A DNA stretch of 63,520 nucleotides, filler included, from Basidiobolus ranarum (GCA_040143965.1; 9 parts of 9 records of this genome joined end to end with filler, not necessarily neighbours in it); one strand, 5' to 3'; positions 35,932 to 49,118 are shown, counted from the first letter of the whole stretch. Numbers and translations: made by a program. The notes: generated by a model not told the origin, from the sequence alone.

Positions 35932-37839
35932 TTAGTTATCACACCACCTGCCTTCAATGCCTTTTGCCCTTTGTTCCAGTTGAGCTTTGTACAGACTTTT
36001 TGGATTAATATGTTCGCCTAAACTATTCCACCAGCCTTGGGGAATATCTTTACCAAAGACTCCTTGGTTTTGCTCTCCTATCACCCCCAAAGCAAAATTC
36101 CATGCAGTTGGAGGTTTTTGAACAATGGTCCTCCCCACAGTATTCCATAACACGTAATTCGCACCAGACCAACCGTGTCCACTACCCAGATGTTTCCTAT
36201 TTTGAACTGAAAGATCTGATTGTACGTTATCGAATAAACCACCTACTGACCAACGATGATGAGGTTCTAATTGAAAGAAACATATTGAAATTAGTTTTTA
36301 TCACTTCTTACCACGGCTCCTTTATGAAAAAAGACACTTACCACTACTACCATGTTGATTATCAGCTGTACAATTATGAAAAACATTCGGTCCTGTTACT
36401 TGGGATCCGATAATAAATGCATGTCTAGCGTGATTGGCATAATTCCCCTTGAACAAAATCAACTCGGCACCTCGATCGATGAAATATGCGTATCTACTTC
36501 CACCGTCTATAGGGGCTACTGGGTCCAAGTACTGACAATTCTCTATAGTGATCCATTTAGCATAGTTTGCAACACTTATGAAATTATTGAAATGCTTGGC
36601 AGTAATATTTCTAGCGAAACCATGGATGATTCTTTCAAAAGAGATGACAGCTTCTGGATGGTCTCCATCTGAGAAGTATTCTGAGCCCGTTTCGTCGATG
36701 GCCACTTTACTTGCATCGAATTCGGATATGAAATTGATATGTTCAATTCCAACGTGATTTAAACGTCCATAGAATCTATATGGAAAGATTCTACCGCCAC
36801 CCCATCGTTTCTCTATACTGTTGGTAATAGGGATATCAAGAGTGATGACACCATTAGTTTTGTCTATTGCCTGGATTGTTCGCGTGAATAAGAGTTTGAA
36901 AGGTCTCCAGTTTATTACACTGGAAGCCCTCTGAGGTCTGAACAAGCTTACATTATTCATCCCAATCTCTTCAATCCAATCTTGATTTCCACGTCTTTCT
37001 ATCACGATTTCATCACCAGTTTTAAATTGTCGCGAGATCGAAGGGTTGATTTGCAATTGAACTGCCCCTACTGGAACATATGTTTGTAAAATTTCTCCAC
37101 TTAGTCTAGACAACGGCATTGGACGTCCTTTACCAGTTACTTGGAATGCTGTGTATCGATCTTTTCCTGTAGCTACTATAGTAGTGTTTCCATCAGGATC
37201 TCCGCGTATTATAACCCCGGATCGAGCGATATGTAGAGTGTTTTTAATCCGATAGACACCTGATTTCAAAAGTAAAGCACCTCTATATCCGGTGTTTAAG
37301 TCTACTGGAAGCCCAGCTAACCGGTCTATAGCGAGTTGAATACGTTCAGTGTCGTCTGTTGGTTCTGTAGCGGGAATCACGGTCACCATAGTCAGAATAT
37401 TTTCAGGAATCTCTTGGTCACCACTCTCGTAACCAACGTGAGAAAAATCGGGAATCACATCGTGTGTATTCGTATAGCTACGATAGCACAATTTTTCTGA
37501 GTCATTTCTAGCGTACTCGACCAAGCTATGTTGTTGAGTCAAATGTTTACTAATCTTGGGTGTTTCGTCTCTTGGATACTCGTCTTGATTGAAAATCAAA
37601 GGAAATCCGGTGATCTGGGAGTTGAATTTTGTAGGGTCATGTGTTTGAGCGAATCTGTAGTTGGTTGAGAAGTCTTTAAGCATGTATGGTATTGGGCTTG
37701 TGAGTATCCCCAATGCAATCCCAAGTGTGATCATAACCGCAAGGAAAATACCGAGTTGACGTCGATGAGATGGAAGGTATTTTGGTGGGTGATTTGGTGC
37801 GTCTGACTGATCAGATACTATTTCTTGTTCTCCTTTCAT
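35932..37839 (-). CDS. Membrane-anchored pectin-lyase-fold (right-handed beta-helix) protein, one intron (~36273-36341)
   Basis: N-terminal TM (LGIFLAVMITLGIALGIL); PDFSHVGY; DDTERIQLAID; GALLLKSGVYRI..L.I..SGVIIRG; exon 2 has EPHHRWSVGGLFDN..GSGHGWSGANYVLWN..SLYKAQLEQR. Confidence 0.8.
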
Positions 37840-38909
37840 TCTGTGGTTCTTTCTTTCCTATATATCTTGCGAGATGGTATAGTTGAGGTTGTTAAATTAA
37901 GTTTCGTTAACAAAGTCAATGCTGTTTGACACTATGAAAGATACAACACGGCAATAATGAGCAGAGAACCGGTAAAGAAAAACGAAACACCGATATCGTG
38001 GTTTCTTAAATGTGTCAGTTGTGAAAGCACAGGTTACAACGTGAAAATGTCGGTTACAAAACACCTGATCCACTAGTATCTCTACTCAGTGATGATTCGC
38101 TGAATAATATGATAAAAATAAGTCAAAGATTAAATGGAATTGTCAAGAAAGGCTATTTGGTAGATAATAACAAGGTATTTAATTGACAATATCCGCCCAC
38201 GAGTCTCAACTTTCAATGTAATTTACTTCGGTTGGCCTGTATTTTGCTCAGTTATTGTAATGGAAACTGCAGGCCAATGGCGGTGGACAGAGAGATGGAG
38301 AACAAGGATACCACTCCAGGTAATAGATAAAAATACACCTTTTGGCTGGCGAGATAAGAACAATATTGAGATTGCGAACAAAGGCGGGCTGGTTATATAT
38401 ACAAAGAGGACTAAGACAAATACAATTAATATTAGAGTAGATCGGGATGTATGATGACTTGCTACGGCGTTATCATTAATGAACAGTAGAATGCGCATGC
38501 ACCGATTCTGCATGTATGCATAAATGCATAGACGGTCAGTTTTCCATGAACATATCAAGGTGAATCTATGCTGGGTGTACATAATCTACCATTTCTCCAT
38601 AAACATCCCCTCTATTACCATATTCTCAATCGTCATTAGTATAGCTTAACATAGCATCCAACTAGTAAGATTAATATGTAGCATATGTGGTGACTGGTTT
38701 AACACTATCTAATATTAACTGAAAAGGGTAACTATAAACTTCATCAATGTCGATTAAACTAGTTCTGATAGATTTTTCATATTCATATTCATTAGCATTA
38801 CCTAAACATGAAAAATTTTCTTTTTGACAAAAAGTCACCAAAGTCCTCAGCCACCAAGTGAATACGAAAGTATACTTGGTCATTAATTGAAAACGTGCAT
38901 ACATAACAG

Positions 38910-40151
38910 GTGATGGAAAAGCCATATTCTGTAGTGAACCTTTTGCGACAACTAAAATTACGACCCGGAAAGACCACCAAATATGTCGTTAGAAAAGCAC
39001 CTCCTAGACGGTTTCAATTTGATACACTTTCGAAATTAGAACAGAAGATCTTATCGGATCCTCATGGTAAGAATATTATTACCTTTTCTATTATGGTTTT
39101 ATTAGGCTCTATCAATACTGAAGCATTCTGACATAAAGTTTGCCGGTTTTTTTCTTATCTCTCTATTAGCTAAAATGTTATCATCTTCTTTACGGAAATG
39201 TGTTTACCACGAAAAAATAATTCCTAGAGGTATAGATCTCCTTATTTTCTTTGGAAGATATGTAAATATTAAAGTGTATTTTCGTTCTAGATTTCCTATT
39301 ACGCTTGACCAGAGCTGAAGTTCCTGGGACTTCCAAAGTTGTAATGACCTGTGACGTGGGCTTATCTGGTAAGAAGATGGGCAAAGGAAAATATGTGCAA
39401 GCCAGAAAAAGTGTAGTTGAAGCACTTTACAAAGATGGTAGGTATATTTAAAGTAGTACATATTGACTTCTATTCTCATTATTTACATGGATTTGTATAT
39501 ATAGGTAGATACAACTATGTTGCTCAAGGTGCATTTTATCGAGCGGATATGGCAAAACACATTGGGTGTCTTCTTGCCACCAAGAGCTTATCATTTCTGA
39601 AAAGTACATTAAAACAATCTCGGTTTAGTAACCGTATGTCCTGGGTACAGTCCCATCGTAAGCCTGGTGATCAAGGCTCAATACACATCGATCTAGAGAA
39701 AAATCCAGTACCCAAAGAGTGGATTTATGAAGCTTCTAAAGGTGGGGTTCTAGTGCAAGGGAAAGTCGCTTCAGGAGCTATTCTAATGGAAATACAACCA
39801 GAAGATTTACAATTTCTTATTCGATTTCCCAAAGATTCCCTAACTTCCGTAACTCCAACACAAGAAACGGAGGTGAAATATCAAAGCTCGATGAGCTCAA
39901 TAGAAAATGTATCGGAATTATTAGAATATCAAGATGTCCAGTTCTTGAATGAGGATGGGTCAATTTTCACTCAACAAATGAACATAATTAACGCAGCGAG
40001 ATTATATAGCGATCAACTGGATTTTGTAGTCAAAGAACTTCAGATTGATATTGGCAAGAATTCCGAAGATATTATCATTGGTATCATTAAATCACCAGAT
40101 ACTGTGAATTGGGCAGTTTCGATGTTACAAATAGAAAACTACTACAAATAA
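38910..40151 (+). CDS. Hypothetical, likely mitochondrial protein (RRG8-like N-terminal motif), 4 exons
   Basis: Basic N-terminus. Spliced DPH|AKMLSSSLRKCVYHEKIIPR|DFLLRL resembles the DP.A..L.S..R.C......P.DFL motif recalled from RRG8-like proteins; the family call is tentative and the start is approximate. Confidence 0.55.
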
Positions 40152-40526
40152 ATGAAATTCCATGTACCCATTCAAAACAACGTTCAGTACACAACACTAA
40201 CGTTATCCACATGTTTCTACCTGTACGAAGATAATGCGATGTGTATCATATCTTTGATAGTGAACACATACACACGTATAAATCAGTATCTCTCAATCAA
40301 TAGGATTAGAATATCTTCAAGAGATGCTATCAAGTACTCTAGCAAAATAACCGACTCAGTTTTCGCGTATGTCCACGTAACGCCATCTAGCGTTCAAGAC
40401 AAAAATCAACACAGATGGATGGATGTGTCATATGTTAGGATAAGATAAAAATGTTGGTAAAATCAGTCGAAAAGATGCGAAAGGTGGGTTTAAAATATAG
40501 AAAAGATGGGAGATTAATCGATATAT

Positions 40527-40862
40527 TTATTGTTGCTCTTGAGTCTTAAGGATATCGGAATCACCAGCATCAGTAATGGCGAGAACACCGACACGGAAGT
40601 ATTTACCACAGGCGGTACCGAGTTCAATGTTGTTTCCGTTGTAGTGGTGAACACCAGTCTTGGAGAGCATAGCATAGTATTCAATCTCGGACTTTCTCAA
40701 AGGAGGGCAGTTACCGGAGAGAATGATAAGCTTGGCCTTACCGTTACGAATGGACTTCAAAGTAGACTTGTAACCAAGGTTAGATTTACCACTCTTCATG
40801 ACCAAAGCCAAGCGGGAGTTGATAGATTCAACAGATTTCTTGGATTTCTTAATGGGAGCCAT
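40527..40862 (-). CDS. RPL30: 60S ribosomal protein L30 (eL30)
   Basis: [75 protein letters not shown] probable 5'-UTR intron lies at ~40871/40877-40972. Confidence 0.98.
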   Translation of the reverse strand: MAPIKKSKKSVESINSRLALVMKSGKSNLGYKSTLKSIRNGKAKLIILSGNCPPLRKSEIEYYAMLSKTGVHHYNGNNIELGTACGKYFRVGVLAITDAGDSDILKTQEQQ

Positions 40863-41584
40863 TTGGTATTCTACTACTTTGAATAAAGCAAATATATTTA
40901 GTGGACATTCACAGAGTATGTTCAATAGATTTAAAGAAATCTATGACAATCATTCGTAGGAATTGGGCTTACCAGTACTCGGTGACCAAGAGGAAAAGAG
41001 AAGGAAATTAACGTCAAGTCATTCCTTTTATTATGATTTCAATTTTTTTGAGTTTTCGGAAATACTTAACTTTGATTGGACAGTGAAGTGATACAAATAA
41101 TCGAGCATTTCGAATTTTTTGCTATAATACAATATTAGTCAATACCGAGTTTATTTCATACGTTTAGAGAACAGTATAAATATAAATAATCTTAACTTTC
41201 TGCTCACTATCGAATTGCCAGTTAAAATTGAAACAATTCCAACTATAGTCTATGCACTTTAACTCTCCACAAGAGCTTTGTTACGTGCCAGATTTTTGTA
41301 CTTATATTATTTGGTACTTGGAGCATAACCCTCAAATGTTACACTGATTAAAGATTATATATGTATAAATAAGGTTTAATGCTTTCATGGAAATTTGGTT
41401 GCTATAGACTACTGTAAAGATGAATGCAGTGATCGAAGAGAGTATTCATAAAGTTAAAGATTATCAAAATATAATGCAAAAGAAAGTCAATTTTTTTGGT
41501 AAGAATTTCATGGAATTTTACTTTGGAAAATTAGAACATTATTGAAGAATTAATAATTTAATATATGGAATATTCGTAAATATT

Positions 41585-42331
41585 CTATACTACTTGTAAG
41601 AGACCTGCAATCATGACCAAGAGTGAAGTAATGGCGACTGGTTTGGTTAAAGTACCGCTATTTTGGTTTATAACAACATCATTGGAAGCGATGCTGGACT
41701 CAGAAGAAGTGGTGCCAGATTCGGAAGAAGTGGCGCTGGATTCGGAAGAGATGATACTAGATTCGGAAGAGGTGGTGCTAGACGCAGTTGAAGTGTTGGT
41801 GTACGAAGTTAAGGTCTTTGTTCTGGTTCTAGTGATGGTTTTGGTGGAGGCACCAACACATTTTGTAGTAGAGGTAGGCTTCTTGGTTGTAGTTGGTGTA
41901 GCTGATTTAGTGGTAGAGGTGCTGGACTCGGATGAAAGAGTAGAGGACCAAGTTGCAGAGGACCAGGTCAAAGGCTTCGTGATAGTTTTGGTAACGGTTT
42001 TGGTGGTGTAGGAAATGCAGGTAGTGGGTGTAGTAGATTCTGTTTGCACAGGTGAGGGGGTTGGACTCTTTGTGACAGAAGTGATACTTTCGGGAGTACA
42101 TGTGACTTTCTCAGTATTAGAGGATGTAGTCTCAATTGTAGAGGGCGTGGCCTCAGGGGATTCCTCAATGGTGGAGGTGACTGATTCAGTTGTAGAGGGT
42201 GTGGCTTCAGCGTCTTTGTCGGCGGTGGAGGTGACTGATTCAGTTGTAGAGGGTGTAGCCTCAGGGGATTCCTCAGTGGTGGAGGTGACTGACTCAGTTG
42301 TAGAGGGTGTGGTCTCAGCGAATTCCTCAGT
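41585..42331 (-). CDS. Ser/Thr-rich mucin-like cell-surface protein with likely GPI signal, 5'-truncated
   Basis: 60-bp repeats (TESVTSTTEESPEATPSTT) at ~42130-42331, SSESS repeats and a hydrophobic C-terminus (NSG..VAITSLLVMIAGLLQVV). Confidence 0.8.
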   Translation of the reverse strand, partial: TEEFAETTPSTTESVTSTTEESPEATPSTTESVTSTADKDAEATPSTTESVTSTIEESPEATPSTIETTSSNTEKVTCTPESITSVTKSPTPSPVQTESTTPTTCISYTTKTVTKTITKPLTWSSATWSSTLSSESSTSTTKSATPTTTKKPTSTTKCVGASTKTITRTRTKTLTSYTNTSTASSTTSSESSIISSESSATSSESGTTSSESSIASNDVVINQNSGTLTKPVAITSLLVMIAGLLQVV

Positions 42332-42431
42332 NNNNNNNNNNNNNNNNNNNNNNNNNNNNNNNNNNNNNNNNNNNNTTAATTAATTAANNNNNNNNNNNNN
42401 NNNNNNNNNNNNNNNNNNNNNNNNNNNNNNN
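42332..42431. other. Artificial contig linker
   Basis: N-TTAATTAATTAA-N. Confidence 0.99.
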
Positions 42432-42847
42432 TTTCATCAAATATTGTTATGCTGCCATTAAATTTGGTTCTTGGTCATTGCATATAATTTCTCTGATGCT
42501 TTTTGCTTCATCTTCATTAATAACTAGGAACTTGACATTGATTGAAATTAATGCTCTACTGAATATACATGTCTAAATGAGATAACGTGAATGCCATCCA
42601 AAGTCACCAAAGAAATAGGACGTGTTCTTTCATTATTACCACACACAATTCCATTCATAAAACTGTTTAATATTACGATACCAGATAACTTTATATATAA
42701 AAAGTCCAGAGAGCGTGATTTCTTAAATGCTTTATACATTTGAAGTGCAAAATGATTTGTGGTATCGAGATCATGTCTTTTAAGATAACAATACAGTTTA
42801 CTCTGAAGTGTATTTCACTGAATGTTAAGTCAATTATATGTTGTCAT

Positions 42848-43459
42848 TTATTTCTTCTTGTTCTTCCTCTTCTTCTTCGAACCACCAGTGTTTTCGGGGC
42901 TCTTAGCTGAAATTTCTGGGGTATTGACCGAAGGTTCTACAAAAGGGTAATTTCGGTTATTAAATTTGGAAAACAATGGGCTATAAGCTACATAGTTATT
43001 TTCGTTGAAGACACCCAAGTACTCCATTCTAGTGTAAATAAATAATAAGCACAAAAATACTTACGATCAACTTTCATCTCTGAGGAAATTTCTTTAACAT
43101 TCAGCATCTTGGACATAAGTGAGTGGTTCAAGCGATCGAATTTTTTCAGATCATTCAACTGATCGGTAGCAAATTTAATACACTTTTTGATAAGGAAAAG
43201 ATATTCGAGTTAACAACTATTGAATGGAAAATAAAAACAAACGTAAGCTTCTTAACATACGCTTCGGTTATCGGTAACTTTGAGGACTAATTTTCCATCA
43301 CAATGACGATAGCTTGAAACGTACCTAGTCTATATTAAGGTGAGATGGGTGTGAAGTTTTCTAGTATATAGGTGAAAATAAGCTTACCTCTGATGGGGAA
43401 TTTTGGTACATTTCCTCAGCAGCATGCTGATATTCATCCCAGAGTTGAAAGTACACCAT
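42848..43459 (-). CDS. SRP9: Signal recognition particle subunit SRP9/SRP21, 4 exons
   Basis: MVYFQLWDEYQHAAEEMYQNSPSE|TRYVSSYRHCDGKLVLKVTDNRS|CIKFATDQLNDLKKFDRLNHSLM..|..GGSKKKRKNKKK*. Confidence 0.92.
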
Positions 43460-45373
43460 ACTTGTAACTTTCGTCAAAACAAGTTAGACTTTACTTTTTA
43501 TTCGAAAAAATACTTTTAATTGGGAATTTTAGTTTATTTGTGTGATTTTGTGATTGGGAATCTCGCTAAACAATTTCATGATCAAGTGGGTGATCACCTG
43601 ACCTGATGAAGAATTTTCTCAGTATACCAAGTGCCTCAGCCTATGCTTCCTTGCATCACTCTCAGTGAATAAATGAAGTTAGCAAGTCTTTTGATGGGGA
43701 TATATTGCAGTTGGAGACATTGCTATTACCATAGAGTATGTAGATGTGAAATGAATATAGTACTGCCATGAGCGTATGGGGCAGAAAAATGGCATAAAAG
43801 CAGCAAATATTACTTATTCACTTTTGTTAAGACCTATTGATGAATTTAACTCACATCTTGGCTGTTTACACGAATATTTATTGTATATATATGCATATGG
43901 CTTGGGTGAATAGATGTTCCAAAGCATGATTGAATCCACCCTAACCCTAACTCTAATTAGTTATTGCTTGTATATTGAAATACAAGCGACAGCATATGGG
44001 GAACAAGAATGTGATAGGGTATCTACAAATGTTTTTTTAGTAGTAAGATTACCGAATCCGTTGGTCTAATATCAAGATTAGGAAAACTTTAGGTTTGTCC
44101 GCTTTGAATATACCAATTTCTACTGCTCAACGTAACCACTTGAAGAATCGCTGTATCAAATTCAGCTGTTATTGCAGGAGTTGACGATGAGTGTGGAGGT
44201 GTTACACATGCATGTCATGGACTATTAGGGTGAGTATCCCTTCCTATATTACTCTTGTGCTACTTTCTACTCGTACTCTCATTTGCTTTAATATATTTCG
44301 GTTACATATTGCCACAATAAAGATGCAGTTTTGCTATCAGTACGCCAAATAGCACTCTCTTTTCATGCATGCTCTGTTTACTCTATTTATACACCTTTAT
44401 CACAGTTTCTATGGCTACGGACATATTTCAATGGTTTACCTTTCTAGTATGAGATGCTTCAAATCGCATACTACTAACCCTATTCAAAGGCTATTCAACT
44501 TGACTTTTTCAAAGCGCTTAGCTGCTCCTGATACTTGGGTCTTCGTTTGAATATGGAAAAACCTAATCGCAACTTGGACGTGGTTGAGCGAAGAGAATTT
44601 GGGTTTTCACCTTAATGGCCATCTTCAATATACTGTCAATGGTGCACAAATTGTCTCAATCACAATATGGTAAATATAGGTACCGTTGTAGACCAACCGA
44701 CTAAATTAAACCACAGTCATATGTCTTAAATGGCAATGATAAGGGTTTGTGCACTCTACGATATTCGAATCTCTTCCCACTTCCAGAAGTTTTGTTGGGA
44801 TACCGTAGAGAATTGTAAGCATCACAGTTTTATTTAAACACAACCTCAGAGAGGTTCGCACATTTCTTCAAAGATATGCTTATCTAGTGATGATAGTTGC
44901 GGTTGAGAGTTGGACTGTGAATTTTGCTACGACTTATCGAAGTCAAAGAATTATTCAAGTGGAACCACACCTCGAACTGCCTTCTAAAATGGGGAATTCT
45001 TCGATCCATTTCAGGCTATGGTTGGAGTTTGTCAATCCTAACCTGATTCAACGAGTAAGATAATTGGCAGAGAGAATCGAAGAAAAATATTAATTACCTA
45101 ATTAGGTCGGGTATTTTCTTCGCCTGTGGTTTAGTAATCGGAGACACAAGTGAAGTGAATGATGCCAATTACAGCAATAGGTTTGTATTTCCTCTATGTT
45201 AGTATGGTTCGTCATTACTGGCTTTGTAATGAGAAAATATATAAATTGACTTATTGCGCTCCAAACAATGATGTCCTAATTTCCACATTCTTTTGATACC
45301 AGTCTGATACACGATTAGTTTCGATCTACTTTTTAGATTCTTTGCTTGTATTTGATAGTTTAGCGTGTAATCA

Positions 45374-46750
45374 ATGATTGATGCTGGCGCAATCCTGGCA
45401 TGTGTGCTTGGGCCCGTATGGGTGGCTCAACTGATCCTTGCCGCAAAGGTATTCTGGAGTAGAAGAAACATTGACTGCATCAAGTACCGTTCTCCTGGGC
45501 TAACTCTAATAGCTCTTTGCTCGATATGCATACTTGGTACTACGTTCATTGTTCGACTACCAAGTGTATATCGCTTCCCTTGCTTCTTAGTATTGTGGTT
45601 TACTCAACTGGGATATCCTATCATTTACCTTTGTATCCTGGGTCGCTCTTTACGCTTCCTCTTCCTTTATCGATTAAGTGAAGCCAAGTTAGCCGCCGCA
45701 CTTAACACCAAAGTAAGGTCCAGACTTTTCAAAAAATCCGATGTTATCGGAGCAAATATTAAGAAGCGATCAAGTGAGGATTCTGGCTTGGAGTTACAAA
45801 ATTTAACCTACGCTTCCGATACCTCCTTCCCTTCTACATCATTTCCACTAGAAGAGAACTGGTATTACAAGCATCGTCGAATCCTCGGTTCTAACATACT
45901 GGGTACCATCATTGGTGTTGTAGTGCTTATTCACATTATAATCTTGATGTCTGTCCAGGTAGTGAGCCCTAGATTTGCAGTAGTTCCAACGATCGCCACT
46001 GAAGAGTGCATGGTCGGGTGGGAATGGATTCCACATCGATTCTTTGTCGCCTTCTACACCATTCTAATCATTCTATTAATCCTATTGCTTCGCACCGTTA
46101 ATGATGCTTATGGAATTCGACGTGAATTGATTATCATGTGTACCATTAGTACTTCTATTGATATATTCTTGGTGATATTCTTTTCAGTTCCAGCGATGCA
46201 GGTAGTGAATCCAGAGATCTTCTCCTTGGCGGTTGCGTTGCTACCTATTGTGTTCTTTTATTACTTTATGGTGTTAAAGCCCATCATGGAATCATTTGGG
46301 TTCACTAGCATCCTTCAGCTGTTGAGGTTTAGTTCTCCACAGTTTACCTTGACCTCCAGCATGGAATCGTTTGAGATTCTACTAAAAAACCCCTCATTGT
46401 TTGAACAATTCAAGCTATTCGCAGTGAAAGATTTCACAGTTGAAAATGTCCTATTTTACGAGCACTGTTGTCGTATTCACGAGTTAGCCAGTAATTCATC
46501 GAGCTTTACGGAGGAACTTCAAGAGATGTATACTATCTTCATCAAGAATGATTCACGATTCATGGTGAATCTAAATGGACGTACACTCAGGAAGTTAAAG
46601 CGGATGGTTTCCGAGGGGAAATTCGAAGAGAATATGTACGATGAAGCACAAAATGAGGTGAAAGATTTAATGTTCCGTAATACATATCCAAGATATTTGC
46701 AAACTCGTAGAAACAATAGCATGCGATGGGATACGGTAGCTGAACCATAG
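45374..46750 (+). CDS. Seven-transmembrane protein fused to a C-terminal RGS domain (GprK/AtRGS1-like)
   Basis: Seven hydrophobic segments with IKYRSP, FPCF and DAYGIRREL motifs, then an RGS box (FKLFAVKDFTVENVLFY..VNL..DEAQNEVKDLMFRNTYPRYL). Intronless. Confidence 0.93.
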   Translation: MIDAGAILACVLGPVWVAQLILAAKVFWSRRNIDCIKYRSPGLTLIALCSICILGTTFIVRLPSVYRFPCFLVLWFTQLGYPIIYLCILGRSLRFLFLYRLSEAKLAAALNTKVRSRLFKKSDVIGANIKKRSSEDSGLELQNLTYASDTSFPSTSFPLEENWYYKHRRILGSNILGTIIGVVVLIHIIILMSVQVVSPRFAVVPTIATEECMVGWEWIPHRFFVAFYTILIILLILLLRTVNDAYGIRRELIIMCTISTSIDIFLVIFFSVPAMQVVNPEIFSLAVALLPIVFFYYFMVLKPIMESFGFTSILQLLRFSSPQFTLTSSMESFEILLKNPSLFEQFKLFAVKDFTVENVLFYEHCCRIHELASNSSSFTEELQEMYTIFIKNDSRFMVNLNGRTLRKLKRMVSEGKFEENMYDEAQNEVKDLMFRNTYPRYLQTRRNNSMRWDTVAEP

Positions 46751-47096
46751 ATTAGTTCGGATTCTTTTTAATATTCTTCTTCATGTGCACTTTTTCCCTC
46801 CTTAAACATCCACAATTAATCCAATTCATTCACGTACTACCGCGTACCTGTATACATCCCTTTTAACCGCTAATTTCCATAGACTTGTTCATTTGGTAAA
46901 GTTAGAAATAAATCAATGACACTGAGATATTGCAAGAATCAGTTGGACGTGGGATTCTTTTTCTTGTAGCATTAATCACTCTTTATAGAATCCGTTAAGA
47001 AATGAAGACATGTAAGCATTTCAAGCTATTCAGGTTAATTTAAGTACAAAGCAAGGGTGTGAATATGGCAAGACGAGTAATATCAGCTTAGGAGTG

Positions 47097-49118
47097 TTAC
47101 GAGAATTGATTATTTTCAATAAATTTGGAAATCATCTCCCACGCGGGTATTGGTGCATTCATAGGGACCATATGACCAGCCCTAGATACCTCCACCCGGG
47201 TTAGGTTGTCGTGATGGGTCACGTATCCGGCAACGTGTCCATCGACTTTCCAGACCTATGGTTAATATGAACGTTAGGACCACATCGGGTGTTCATGCAT
47301 ATACCCATATCAATACCTTTCTCTCGGCCTGTAGGAACCCAGATTGGCCGGTCCAATTTAATGATCTAATCCACTCGGTGTTTCCAGGAATACCATCACG
47401 ATAATCGAATTGACCTGTAAATATCCATGGAATACTTCAGATAGACATTGAAAGAGAACTTCACCAACACCACTCACCCTGGTAAAGCAAGACTTTGTAA
47501 TTCTCCAACAATGTAGGTATGAGATGTTGGACTGATTTCATGATATCTAACTGTTATGGGGCCATGAATGAGTGCTATATACGACTTGATTAGTATACTA
47601 CGGGTATTTACCTTCATGCTGACTCTAACGTCCTGACTTCTTAGATCGAACTTCCGAGGATACACATTTAAAGCTTTTTTCACCGAGTCCTCATTTAGCA
47701 GTTGGTCCATCCAACTCCAATCATTTTGAATGTCGGTACGTAAATCGTAGAAATTCAACTCTCCTGCTGAGCTCTTGGTATAATCGAATAGTTGGACTCT
47801 GGTATCCGTAGCAGCACTCCAATTACCCGCTTGAGTGTACTTGACCGCTTCTTGAGCCAGTCTACGAATTTCCTCGGATTGTTGCACTGACACAATTCCT
47901 AGATGTAATGCGTCTAGTTAGCGCACCATCACCCTTCTTTCCTTTAGAAGAAGCTTACCAAATTGCAATGCTTGATCGGCATGATGTTGAATCTGGACAA
48001 TAGGATGAGTTAACCCATTTCCTAGAAATTAACCAAAATTGAGGGGTTTTCTCAGAACAATTACAAGCACACCTCTACTTACCGATAGCAACACCAGTAA
48101 GCTTGATCTTTTCCGACGCTGTATTAACTAACAACAAGACATAAGTGAATATACAATAGATAACAACCCAAGAGTTTGTTTAAGCAATACCTTTGGAATT
48201 ATACTGATGAATAGCAGTTGCGAAAGCTGGTACATATTTACCAGCGTAAGATTCCCCTAAACCATGAAGAGCAATGAATATTGAATTTCTCTTGATTATT
48301 ATAAAAACTCTTTCAATTTACCAGAAATATATAGATCTCTTTGTCTTTGTTCCGGATATTTCTCATAGAATCGGTTTAAAAATATCATGAAATCTTCTGC
48401 TGCTTCCTCTACACTCTTAGTGTATCCTTCATAAGAGTGAGTTTGATCATAGGTTGGACTAATATAGCTATATCCCGTGCCAACTGGTTGATCAATAAAT
48501 ACCATAGAGTAGTGAGTATTCCAAGTAACCGGTCGTCTAAATAGTTTCCGCTGCTTTGTTACTCCAATGGGTCCCATCTAGCCCAGATATTAGTGAGAAG
48601 CTCTCTTTAATGAAGCCAGATGGATACTTTACCTCATAAAATAGCCCAATCATAGAGCTAGACCCAGGTCCACCTTGAAGCCAACTTGTATCGTTCAAAT
48701 AAAGGGGAATTATGTTGAGTATAAGCAGTTCAAGTTAACCCCCGAACAGATAAGTAAAGTAGAAAATTACATGATCAAGGGTGGTTCGGCTACCAAGGGT
48801 TTTTGTGCTGGAAAGTACCAATAAAACCTAAAATTCTTTAGGTTAACTAAAGTTCAGTTATTTCCCTCTTTAGTTAGTGAAGATAACTCACATTCCTGCT
48901 TCTACATTTTCTTCTTTCACTGTCCAGTTTCTAAGGGGAAAAGTACCAGCAAAGGTGGTTTTCAACGGTTCCACTCCGCTTTCCCAAGGTAACTCACCAA
49001 CTAAATGGGAAGGGTCACGATTATTTAAGAAAGCAATAGGGTTCGTTCTAACCCTGGCCAAAGTTAAGAATACGAACAAAAAGAGGAGTAAAATGTGTCC
49101 ATGTTTAAAGAAGGACAT
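47097..49118 (-). CDS. Serine carboxypeptidase (S10), secreted/vacuolar, multi-exon
   Basis: Signal peptide; FYWYFPA; WLQGGPGSSSMIGLFYE|MGP; FIDQPVGTGYS; GESYAGKYVP (catalytic Ser); GQFD; AGHMVP. Confidence 0.95.

Noticed and set aside
35742..35957. 71-aa ORF overlapping the end of the beta-helix gene
   Set aside because: Different frame and no recognisable motif; an alternative last exon cannot be supported without transcripts.
40530..40886. Plus-strand 118-aa ORF (and similar antisense ORFs over SAM2, AGO, RIA1, the LPMO and the mucin)
   Set aside because: Antisense shadows caused by codon bias of the real genes.
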